The position numbers and the translations under genes were made by a program. Below, piece by piece: positions 56,172 to 64,000 of a stretch of DNA of 64,000 nucleotides (position 1 is its first letter; each line of letters begins with the position of its first letter). Source of the stretch: Deltaproteobacteria bacterium (lineage in GTDB: Bacteria > Myxococcota_A > Polyangia > Fen-1088); NCBI GenBank assembly GCA_033763315.1, contig JANRKS010000016.1:32001-96000 (forward strand). Reading direction: 5' to 3'. Under the pieces are notes generated by a model. That model was not told where the DNA came from, searched no databases, and was given only the letters and a program-made list of their open reading frames with translations.

Positions 56172-57437
56172 ATGGCAGCGCATCGCCCCTTCGCGGGATT
56201 GGACTTTGGCACCACCAACACTGCGCTGGGTTTGGTGCACGACACCGGCGACATTGCGTTGGCCCCCCTCCCCAACCCGGGCAGACCGGACGGAAGCACG
56301 TGGCGAACGGTGCTGTTCTTCGAGCCCGACGCGCCCCCCAGCGCCGGCAACGTGGCCATCGACCGGTTCATGCAAGCAGGCGGCGAAGGGCGCCTCATCC
56401 AATCGATCAAGTCCCACTTGGCGAGTGCGGCTTTCAAGAAAACCGTGATTTTGGGGCGCGCCTACAGCCTTGAGACGTTGATCGCCACGTACCTGCGCCA
56501 CTTCATTGCCGCGGTGAAATTGGCACCTGAAACCAAGGTGGTGGTGGGCCGGCCCGTTCGGTATTGGGGCGCGCAAGACGACAACGACGAGGCCCTGGCG
56601 CTCGAGCGCATGCGTGACGCGCTGGCTTCTGCCGGCTTTGGCGAAGCGGTGTTTGAGTATGAACCCGTGGCCGCGGCGCTGCGCTACGCAGCCAAGTTGG
56701 ATCACGAAGAGCTGATCATGGTGGCCGACTTCGGCGGCGGCACGAGCGACTTTTCTTTGGTGCGCGTGGGGCCCAAGGTGGAACCTGGTGAGCGCAAGGC
56801 CATTTTGGCCACGTCCGGCTTGGGCGTGGGCGGCGACAGCTTTGATGCGCGCGTGATCGACGCCGCCGTGGCCCCGCAGCTGGGCCTGCACACCACTTAT
56901 AAGGATGAATTCGGCGCGGAAACGCCTGTGCCTGCCGCGCTGTTCGGCAAGCTGCGCCGCTGGCACTACCTTTCGTTCCTCAAGGACGCGCGCACGCTGC
57001 AACTGCTCGAGCGCATTGAGCACGGCACCCACGACAAGCAGAAGATCGGGCGCATGCTGAGCTTGGTGCGCGATGAATTGGGCCTGCCGCTTCACCGCGC
57101 CGTGGAGCAAGCCAAAGTGCAGCTGTCCGCGGCCGCCTCAGGCGCCCTGCAGTTTCCGGACGTGGATCTAGACGTACCTCTGCTGCGCCAGGATTTCGAG
57201 CAGTGGATCGTGGAGGAGCTGGGTGCCATCGACACAACCATCGACGACATGCTGGCCAAAGCGGGCATCTCCGCGGCCGACGTCGACACCGTGTTCGCCA
57301 CGGGCGGATCGTCCCTGGTACCCGTTGTGCGGCAACGGCTGGCCGCACGCTTTGGGGCGCAAAAGTTGTTGGGCGGCGAAGAGCTCACCTCGGTTGCCTG
57401 GGGCCTGGCCGCGCGGGCGCGCGACGTGTTCGCTTGA
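56172..57437 (+). CDS. yegD: Hsp70-family ATPase, YegD-like (no substrate-binding domain)
   Basis: GLDFGTTN, GRLIQSIKS, VGRPV, EPVAAA, DFGGGTSDFS, TGGSS. Confidence 0.85.
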   Translation: MAAHRPFAGLDFGTTNTALGLVHDTGDIALAPLPNPGRPDGSTWRTVLFFEPDAPPSAGNVAIDRFMQAGGEGRLIQSIKSHLASAAFKKTVILGRAYSLETLIATYLRHFIAAVKLAPETKVVVGRPVRYWGAQDDNDEALALERMRDALASAGFGEAVFEYEPVAAALRYAAKLDHEELIMVADFGGGTSDFSLVRVGPKVEPGERKAILATSGLGVGGDSFDARVIDAAVAPQLGLHTTYKDEFGAETPVPAALFGKLRRWHYLSFLKDARTLQLLERIEHGTHDKQKIGRMLSLVRDELGLPLHRAVEQAKVQLSAAASGALQFPDVDLDVPLLRQDFEQWIVEELGAIDTTIDDMLAKAGISAADVDTVFATGGSSLVPVVRQRLAARFGAQKLLGGEELTSVAWGLAARARDVFA

Positions 57438-57454
57438 CCAGGAGGGCGCATCGC

Positions 57455-57483
57455 TTGCCCGCGTGGCCCCCAGCGGCCACAAT
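57455..57483 (+). promoter_or_regulatory. Candidate sigma70-type promoter of the nucleotidyltransferase module (leaderless geometry)
   Basis: TTGCCC (57455-60), 17-bp spacer, CACAAT (57478-83), 6 nt to ATG 57490. Confidence 0.55.
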
Positions 57484-57489
57484 GGCGCC

Positions 57490-57948
57490 ATGGATCTCTT
57501 CGCGGAGTTGACCGAGTTGCTGCTGCAGATGCGGCAGCGGCACGTTGACTACGCCATCTGTGGGGGCATCGCGCTGGCAGTACACGGCGTGCCACGGGCA
57601 ACCCAAGACATCGATATCCTCATCCCCGAAACGTTCGTGCCTGCGGTGCGGGAGAGCGCGCGCGCTTGCGGCTTTATCTTTGAGACGGAGCCGCTTGAGT
57701 TTACCGCGAGCGGCGTCACGATTATTCGCTTCACGAAGGTCTTGCCAGACGGGCAACCTCTAATGCTCGACGCACTTTTGGCAAACGGACCGCTTTATCG
57801 CATCTGGGAAGGCCGCGAGACTTTGGAGTTTGAGGGCGGTGCCGTTGTGGTGGTCTCTAAGCAAGGCCTGATTTCGCTCAAGCTGGCTGCGGGTCGTCCG
57901 CAGGACATCGCTGATGTGCAGAAGCTGACGGAGGCCAGCCGTGGTTGA
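57490..57948 (+). CDS. Pol-beta-superfamily nucleotidyltransferase (AbiEii/MenT1/DUF6036-like)
   Basis: YAICGGIALAVHGVPRATQDID (GG..R.T.DxD), MLDALL, LISLKLAAGRPQDIAD; C-terminal 152 aa of ORF 57223..57948. Confidence 0.85.
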   Translation: MDLFAELTELLLQMRQRHVDYAICGGIALAVHGVPRATQDIDILIPETFVPAVRESARACGFIFETEPLEFTASGVTIIRFTKVLPDGQPLMLDALLANGPLYRIWEGRETLEFEGGAVVVVSKQGLISLKLAAGRPQDIADVQKLTEASRG

Positions 57949-58153
57949 TATGAGCTGCAAAGCCATCACTGAGCGCCTAAAGCTCATGGCGGCCCTGCAG
58001 CAACAACGAGGATCCGTGGTTAAAGGGGTCGATATGTCGGCGGCCGGGGTTACCCGGCGTCTGAAAATGCAAAGCGCCTTGAGCAGCCTCTGCTTCAAGT
58101 TGGCAAAGGCCCACGCGCCTCCCGCTTCGCAGCGACCATCGCGGCAGGGTTAA
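57941..58153 (+). CDS. 70-aa protein with internally duplicated VDMSxxxxTxRLK motif; putative partner/antitoxin
   Basis: SD GGAGG 57930-34, GTG start overlapping the NTase stop by 8 nt; VDMSCKAITERLKLMAAL and VDMSAAGVTRRLKMQSAL. Confidence 0.75.
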   Translation: MVDMSCKAITERLKLMAALQQQRGSVVKGVDMSAAGVTRRLKMQSALSSLCFKLAKAHAPPASQRPSRQG

Positions 58154-58425
58154 TCGACAAAGGGGCCCGGGGGCCGCATTCCCAACGCGATTCGCAACGC
58201 AGCAGGGTTTGAACCCCTGTCCGCAAACCATGAAATGGCAGGTTTGTGTCTAAAACCTCACTTTCCGCCACTGCGATGTCCCAGGGACTCCCTGTTTCGG
58301 CAGAAATCTCACGTTTACGGTGCGGCCTGTGACGACTTTTTGCAAAATTGGACAGAGAAAGAGCACATTCAAAAGACACATCGCGTCTCAAAAGCAAAAA
58401 TGGCTGTCGAAAACCGCGTTTTGCT

Positions 58426-58453
58426 TTGACACGCTCAAAAACGGGAGTACCTT
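58426..58453 (+). promoter_or_regulatory. Candidate sigma70 promoter of ilvBN
   Basis: TTGACA (58426-31), 16-bp spacer, TACCTT (58448-53), about 60 nt upstream of ATG 58513. Confidence 0.6.
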
Positions 58454-58512
58454 CCAATCCCTGGGGTGCCCTTGGGCACTCGTACCGTTCACCGTTTAGC
58501 GAAGGAAAAATC

Positions 58513-60300
58513 ATGTCGGACACCACAGCACGCGCACCCGCCCCTCCAACCGCAGCCCGGTCAGAGTCGACGGTCGCTGTAAAGGCACCGGCAAAGACGC
58601 TGACGGGCGGCGAGCGAGTGATCCAGTTCCTTGAAAAAGAAGGCGTGGAATACATCTTCGGCCTCTCGGGCGGCGCCGCCATGCCGCTTTTCGACGCGTT
58701 GATCGATTCCAAGATCAAGCTCATCCTCACCCGGCACGAGCAGGGCGCCACGCACATGGCCGATGGCTATGCGCGCGCCACGGGTCGCCCGGGCGTGGCC
58801 TTGGTGACCTCGGGTCCTGGCGCCACCAACGCCGTGACCGGTCTGCTCACCGCGATCATGGACTCGGTGCCGATGATTGTGCTGACGGGCCAAACCATCA
58901 CGCCGATGTTGGGCAAGGACGCTTTCCAAGAAGCAGACGTCACCGGCATCACCTACCCGGTGGTGAAGCACAGCTACTTGGTGAAGAACCCCAACGACAT
59001 CCCCCGCGTGATGCGCGAAGCGTTCTACATCGCCACCACGGGCCGCCCTGGTCCTGTGTTGATCGATCTTCCGAAGGACGTCACCAGCGCGCCTTGCACG
59101 GCGCCTGATGTGGCTTCCGTGACGCTGCCTGGATACCACATCCCTTCGCGGGCCGATGAGTTGTCGGTGCGCAAGGCAGCGGCGCTCATGTCGGCAGCCA
59201 AGCGCCCCGTGCTTTACGTGGGCCACGGCTCGGTGATCGCGAACGCGGGCGAAGCCATCTATAAATTGGCTGAAAAGCTGCAAGCACCGATCGTGAACAC
59301 GCTTTTGGGCAAAGGCGCCGTTCCCGAAGACAAGCCTTTGCACTTGGGCATGTTGGGTATGCACGGCACGGCGTATGCCAATAAGGCTGTGGCCGATACG
59401 GATTGCATCGTGGCCATTGGCGCACGTTGGGACGATCGCATCACAGGCAAGCTCAGCGAGTTCTGCCCCACCGCAACCAAGATCCACATCGACATCGATC
59501 CGGCGGAATTCAACAAGATCATCCGCCCCGATGTGAGCCTGGCGGGCGACGCTCGTTTGGTGGTGGAGGATATCTTGCCGCACGTCACTCAGTGCGACAG
59601 CGCCGCGTGGCTTGAGCAAGTGGCTTCGTGGCGCAAGCAATTCCCGCTCAAATACAGCAAAAAAGGCGGGTTGCGCGCGCAGCACGTGTTGGATCGTTTG
59701 GACGCGCTCGGCGGCCGCGACGCCATCATCACCACCGACGTGGGCCAACACCAAATGTGGGCCGCGCAGTTCTGCTTGACCACGAAGAACCGTCACTGGT
59801 TGTCTTCAGGGGGCGCAGGCACGATGGGCTTCGGTTTCCCCTCGGCCATCGGCGCGCAATTCGCTTTCCCGAACAAGCAAGTGTGGACGGTGGTTGGCGA
59901 TGGCGGCTTTCAGATGACGTTGTGTGAATTGGCCACGGCCGCTTTGCACAAGTTGCCTGTGAAGATCCTCATCATCAACAACGCATATCTCGGCATGATT
60001 CGCCAATGGCAAGAGTTGTTCTATGACAACCGTCTTTCCGGTGCCGACTTGGAAGGCAACCCTGACTTCGTGAAGTTGGGTCAAGCCTATGGCGTCAAGG
60101 GCTTCCGCATCACCCGCCCCGGCGATGTGGATCGCGTGCTCAAGGCCGCCATGGCTTACAACGATGGCCCGTGCATCATCGACGCCGAAGTGGTCAAGGA
60201 GGACAACGTGTTCCCCATGATCCCCGCTGGCGCCGCCTTAAAGGACATGTTGATCGAGCGGCCCAAGACCAAGCTCGCGAAACCTGAAGGTTCAACATAG
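58513..60300 (+). CDS. ilvB: Acetolactate synthase large subunit
   Basis: [48 protein letters not shown]; SD AAGGA. Confidence 0.97.
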   Translation: MSDTTARAPAPPTAARSESTVAVKAPAKTLTGGERVIQFLEKEGVEYIFGLSGGAAMPLFDALIDSKIKLILTRHEQGATHMADGYARATGRPGVALVTSGPGATNAVTGLLTAIMDSVPMIVLTGQTITPMLGKDAFQEADVTGITYPVVKHSYLVKNPNDIPRVMREAFYIATTGRPGPVLIDLPKDVTSAPCTAPDVASVTLPGYHIPSRADELSVRKAAALMSAAKRPVLYVGHGSVIANAGEAIYKLAEKLQAPIVNTLLGKGAVPEDKPLHLGMLGMHGTAYANKAVADTDCIVAIGARWDDRITGKLSEFCPTATKIHIDIDPAEFNKIIRPDVSLAGDARLVVEDILPHVTQCDSAAWLEQVASWRKQFPLKYSKKGGLRAQHVLDRLDALGGRDAIITTDVGQHQMWAAQFCLTTKNRHWLSSGGAGTMGFGFPSAIGAQFAFPNKQVWTVVGDGGFQMTLCELATAALHKLPVKILIINNAYLGMIRQWQELFYDNRLSGADLEGNPDFVKLGQAYGVKGFRITRPGDVDRVLKAAMAYNDGPCIIDAEVVKEDNVFPMIPAGAALKDMLIERPKTKLAKPEGST

Positions 60301-60311
60301 GAGCTTAGACC

Positions 60312-60860
60312 ATGACCACTTTAACAAGTTTAACAGCCCTTCCGCTTTCGCATTTTGCGCCTGAAGATCAGCCGCTTCACACCATTTCGTTGTTGGTTCG
60401 TAACCAACCTGGCGTTCTGGTGCGCGTGGCTTTGGTGTTCTCACGCCGTGGTTACAACATCGAAAGCTTGGTGGTTTCACCAGGCATTGAAGACACGTTG
60501 TACTCGCGCATGACGATCACCTGCCGCGGCGAGACCAACACGCTTGAGCAGATCATCAAGCAGCTGTTCAAGCTGATCGACGTTGTTCAAGCCGTGGATC
60601 ACACGGGTCAGTCCGTCGTGGAAACAGAGATCGCGTTGATCAAGATCAAGGCTTCTTTGAACGCTCGCACGGAAGTTCTGCAGATTGCGGAACACTACAA
60701 GGCGAACATCAAGGATTACCAGGCCGATTCGTTGATCATTCAGGTGTCGGGCCAAACCGATAAACTTGATACCTTCATCGATCTGCTGCGCCCCTTCGGC
60801 GTGGTTGAGCTGGTTCGCTCAGGCAAGCTGCTGATGGCCCGCGGCGCCGACGCGACGTAG
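60312..60860 (+). CDS. ilvN: Acetolactate synthase small regulatory subunit
   Basis: HTISLLVRNQPGVLVRV...RRGYNIESL, EQIIKQLFKLIDV; SD AGGAG. Confidence 0.96.
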   Translation: MTTLTSLTALPLSHFAPEDQPLHTISLLVRNQPGVLVRVALVFSRRGYNIESLVVSPGIEDTLYSRMTITCRGETNTLEQIIKQLFKLIDVVQAVDHTGQSVVETEIALIKIKASLNARTEVLQIAEHYKANIKDYQADSLIIQVSGQTDKLDTFIDLLRPFGVVELVRSGKLLMARGADAT

Positions 60861-60961
60861 CATCAGCAATCAACTCGCGGCAGCGCTCGCACCCTATGGG
60901 TCGGGCGCTGTTTGCGTTTGCGGGAAGCGGCACGCGGCCAGGGACGTTGCATAATGGGCGC

Positions 60962-61270
60962 ATGGCTTCGATCACGCCGAACCCCGAGACCATTCGCGAC
61001 TTCCCGAACGCCGCTGCTTTTGAGCGGTGGCTCAAAGCGAACCACAACAAAGCCACCGAGCTGTGGCTCAAGATCCACAAGAAGGGCTCGGGCTTAGCCG
61101 CTTTGGATAAGGCACCTAAAGCGAAAGCCCATTTCGCAAAGCTCAACAGCGCCAACCGTTACGCCATCTGCTTTCGGTTGCACAACACCAAGACGGCCGC
61201 GGCCCGCGTCAAGAAGTTAGCTGAGTTCATTGCCATGTTGGCCAAAGGGCAACAGATCCACCCGCAGTAG
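60962..61270 (+). pseudogene. YdeI/OmpD-associated family gene with large in-frame internal deletion
   Basis: N-terminal FERWLKANHNKATELWLKIHKKGSG fused directly to C-terminal LAALDKAPKAKAHFAKLNSANRYAICFRLHNTK; the family's central WID...FTPRR...WS block is absent. Confidence 0.7.
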
Positions 61271-61421
61271 GCGCCGCCTCCGGCGGGTGTCACGCCACTT
61301 CAGAAACCGCGGCGCGACGAGATCACGACAGCGCTGTCGTTGCTCAGCGTGGTTTTGCCGAAAGAATCTGCCGATCCGGGCGGCTTTTCTCGCTGGTCCG
61401 AGCGTTGCAGAAGCGCAACGC

Positions 61422-62006
61422 ATGAAGTTCAAACAAAGCCCTTGGCTTACGTGCGTTGCTGGCGCGGCACTGTTGGCAAACCTCACCGGCGTTGCGTATG
61501 CGGAAGCCACACCGGATCAACCTCACCGCCCGCGTGCGTGGGCGATGGCCACCACGATCGGCGCCGTGGTGGCTGCGAACGTGGTTTTGGCCGCAGGTGC
61601 AAAAGACGCAAAAGGCGCCCCTTCCGAGGTGAGCGCCGCTGTCGCGGGAGGGCTGTTCGGGTACGCCTTGGTGCTGGGCCCTTTGCCGGGGCATATGCTT
61701 GCGGATCGGACGGGCTACGGCGCTGCCGCGGCGCTTGGCCGCTTGGCGTTGATTGGGGCCGGGCTCGGACTGGACTACGCCTTATTCCTGCGCCATTCCG
61801 ATGGCGGCGACCCCATCCCTGCTTTCACTTTGTTGGCCACGTGTGCATCGGTGGCATGGACGGTGGTGGATCTCGTAAAGCTGCCCTCGGTTTATCCTGA
61901 CGCGCGCGTGGCCCACAAAACACAAAGCTTTGCTTTTGCACCCACGATCGGAGCTTCGCCGCACACCGTGACTTCAGCGGGCGTGAGCATGATGGGCCGG
62001 TTCTAG
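61422..62006 (+). CDS. Hypothetical exported membrane protein ending GRF
   Basis: Signal peptide ending AYA, four Gly/Ala-rich hydrophobic segments, GPLPGH motif, terminal AGVSMMGRF. Confidence 0.7.
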   Translation: MKFKQSPWLTCVAGAALLANLTGVAYAEATPDQPHRPRAWAMATTIGAVVAANVVLAAGAKDAKGAPSEVSAAVAGGLFGYALVLGPLPGHMLADRTGYGAAAALGRLALIGAGLGLDYALFLRHSDGGDPIPAFTLLATCASVAWTVVDLVKLPSVYPDARVAHKTQSFAFAPTIGASPHTVTSAGVSMMGRF

Positions 62007-62123
62007 CCTTTGCGCGCGCCGCCTTGCTTCCCTAAGGCCCACGCCATTAGTGAGGCTTAAGGCACCCCCGGTGCCCATACACGTCTGTGGTATTCTGGCG
62101 GGCTCAACTGACCGCCGAGACGT

Positions 62124-64000
62124 ATGAGTAAAATCGTTATCAAGGGTGCGCGCACCCATAACCTGAAGAACATCGACCTTGAGATCCCACGCGACAAATT
62201 GGTGGTGATCACGGGGCTTTCAGGGTCAGGTAAATCGTCGTTGGCGTTTGATACGATATTCGCCGAGGGGCAACGGCGTTACGTTGAATCACTTTCGGCG
62301 TATGCGCGGCAGTTCTTGGACCAGATGGACAAGCCGGACGTCGATAGCATCGACGGACTTTCACCCGCCATCGCCATCGAGCAAAAGACGGCACCGCGCA
62401 ACCCACGCTCCAGCGTGGGCACCATCACCGAGATCTACGATCACCTGCGCCTGTTGTGGGCACGCGTGGGCAAGATCTATTGCTGGAACTGCGGCACGTT
62501 GATCGCGCCGTTCAGCATTTCGCAAATGGTGGATCAGGTGTTGGCGCTGCCTGCCGGTGCACGATTTTCTGTATTGGCACCCGTGGTACGCAACGAAAAG
62601 GGCGATTTCGCCAAGGCGCTTGCAGGATGGGCGAAAGAAGGCTTCGTGCGCGCGGATGTAGATGGCGAATTGATTGAGCTTTCGGATCCACCGAAACTTG
62701 ATCCACAAGCCGCGCACACGATCGAGATCTACGTGGATCGTCTTGTGCTGAAAGACGGCATTCGCCAGCGCCTGGCAGATTCGATTGAGCTGGCGGCGAA
62801 GCTTTCAGGTGGCCTTGTGAAAGTGGCGCCGCTTGAAGGTGACGATCGCCTATTTTCGGAGCGTTGCGTGTGCCCGAACTGCAACACCACGTATCCCGAG
62901 ATCACGCCCAAGCTATTCTCGTTCAACAGCCCCGCGGGCGCGTGCCCTGCGTGTGATGGCTTGGGCGCGTCGCTGCTGTTCGATCCAGATCTCATCGTGC
63001 GCGATGGCGAGCTTTCCCTGCGCGAAGGTGCGATCGAAGCGTGGGAACGCCGCAACAGCACATATTTTCAACAAATGCTGGCCACGATCTCCGAACACTA
63101 CAAGTTCGATCTGGATACGCCGTGGAACAAGCTGACGTCGAAGGTGCGCAAGGTGATCTTGGAGGGCTCGGGCAAGACTGAGTTCGATTTCGTGGTGGAA
63201 CGCAACGGCCGCACGCAATCGTTCACGCGTCCGTTTGAAGGCGTGTTGCCGAACCTGCAACGCCGATTCGAAGACTACATCCGCCGGCAGCGCGAACAAG
63301 GCCGCGTGGGCGACGAAGACTTCGAGGCGGTGTTCGATGAGTTTCACCGCTATATGCGCGAGGTTCCGTGCACGGAATGCGGCGGCACACGGTTGCGCAA
63401 GGAAGCGCGGCACGTGCGCATCGGCGACAAACGCGTCACAGACGTCACACGGATGACCGTGGGCGAATGTGTGGCCTTTTTTGATGGCATTGAACTAAGC
63501 CGCAAAGATCGCTTGATCGCGGATCGCGTGCTGCGCGAGATCGGCAACCGGCTTAAGTTCTTGGCCTCGGTGGGCGTTGATTACCTGTCGCTTGATCGCA
63601 GCGCGGCCACGTTATCGGGCGGCGAGGCGCAGCGGATCCGTTTGGCCACGCAGATTGGCAGCGGCCTGGTGGGCGTTCTCTATATTCTGGATGAGCCTTC
63701 GATTGGGTTGCACCAACGCGACAATGAACGCTTGTTGCAAACGCTGCTGCGTCTGCGCGATCTGGGCAACACGGTTTTGGTGGTGGAGCACGATGAAGAC
63801 ACGATTCGTGCTTCGGACTGGGTGGTGGATATGGGACCGAAGGCGGGTGAACACGGCGGCCGCGTGGTGGCCGCGGGTACGCCTGAGGCGATCAGTAAAA
63901 ACGAAGCTTCATTGACGGGCGATTACCTTTCGGGTCGCCGGTTCATCGCGATTCCAAAGCGGCGGCGCATCTCGAAGGCGAAGCACCTAAGCTTGGTGGG
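62124..64000 (+). CDS. uvrA: Excinuclease ABC subunit A, 3' end runs off the window
   Basis: Not in the ORF track; manual translation [18 protein letters not shown]...[54 protein letters not shown]. Confidence 0.98.
   Translation, partial: MSKIVIKGARTHNLKNIDLEIPRDKLVVITGLSGSGKSSLAFDTIFAEGQRRYVESLSAYARQFLDQMDKPDVDSIDGLSPAIAIEQKTAPRNPRSSVGTITEIYDHLRLLWARVGKIYCWNCGTLIAPFSISQMVDQVLALPAGARFSVLAPVVRNEKGDFAKALAGWAKEGFVRADVDGELIELSDPPKLDPQAAHTIEIYVDRLVLKDGIRQRLADSIELAAKLSGGLVKVAPLEGDDRLFSERCVCPNCNTTYPEITPKLFSFNSPAGACPACDGLGASLLFDPDLIVRDGELSLREGAIEAWERRNSTYFQQMLATISEHYKFDLDTPWNKLTSKVRKVILEGSGKTEFDFVVERNGRTQSFTRPFEGVLPNLQRRFEDYIRRQREQGRVGDEDFEAVFDEFHRYMREVPCTECGGTRLRKEARHVRIGDKRVTDVTRMTVGECVAFFDGIELSRKDRLIADRVLREIGNRLKFLASVGVDYLSLDRSAATLSGGEAQRIRLATQIGSGLVGVLYILDEPSIGLHQRDNERLLQTLLRLRDLGNTVLVVEHDEDTIRASDWVVDMGPKAGEHGGRVVAAGTPEAISKNEASLTGDYLSGRRFIAIPKRRRISKAKHLSLV

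Noticed and set aside
58139-58230. Intact tRNA gene
   Set aside because: No proper acceptor stem, D-arm or anticodon arm; kept only as a tRNA-like 3' fragment among the findings
62077-62092. Myxobacterial LexA box before uvrA
   Set aside because: ATACACGTCTGT matches only the left part of the recalled consensus; the GTTCAG end is missing

Overview
GC-rich, gene-dense bacterial chromosomal segment. Gene content (DUF1552/DUF1592 pair, eukaryote-like Ser/Thr kinase, ccsA-hemA-hemC, dprA-topA-trmFO-xerC-hslV-hslU, many Gly/Ser-linker lipoproteins) suggests a Myxococcota/deltaproteobacterial organism; this is inference, as no marker rRNA is present. About 58 real CDS were called, mostly housekeeping (mltG, yqgF, aroB, thiolase/hbd/crt, trpS, hslUV, xerC, topA, hemAC, trxA, clpX, pdxA, glmS, modABC, argS, ilvBN, uvrA), plus one tRNA-Arg(UCU). 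No CRISPR array, rRNA, transposase or prophage was seen. Most interesting: (1) a self-contained two-gene module at 57455-58230 encoding a MenT1-like nucleotidyltransferase and a 70-aa protein made of two copies of one motif, followed by a tRNA-like 3' end (T-arm + 7 nt + NCCA), a candidate new toxin-antitoxin arrangement; (2) a recurring YAnnnT-N6-start signature suggesting widespread leaderless transcripts, together with a tRNA gene ending 1 nt before the ATG of an enoyl-CoA hydratase; (3) tandem paralogous lipoprotein genes splitting hslV from hslU; (4) an apparently inactive NlpC/P60 protein next to a double zinc-ribbon/ERR-DRR protein; (5) decaying genes (Uma2 fragment, internally deleted YdeI). 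All family calls come from motif recognition by eye, not from database searches.
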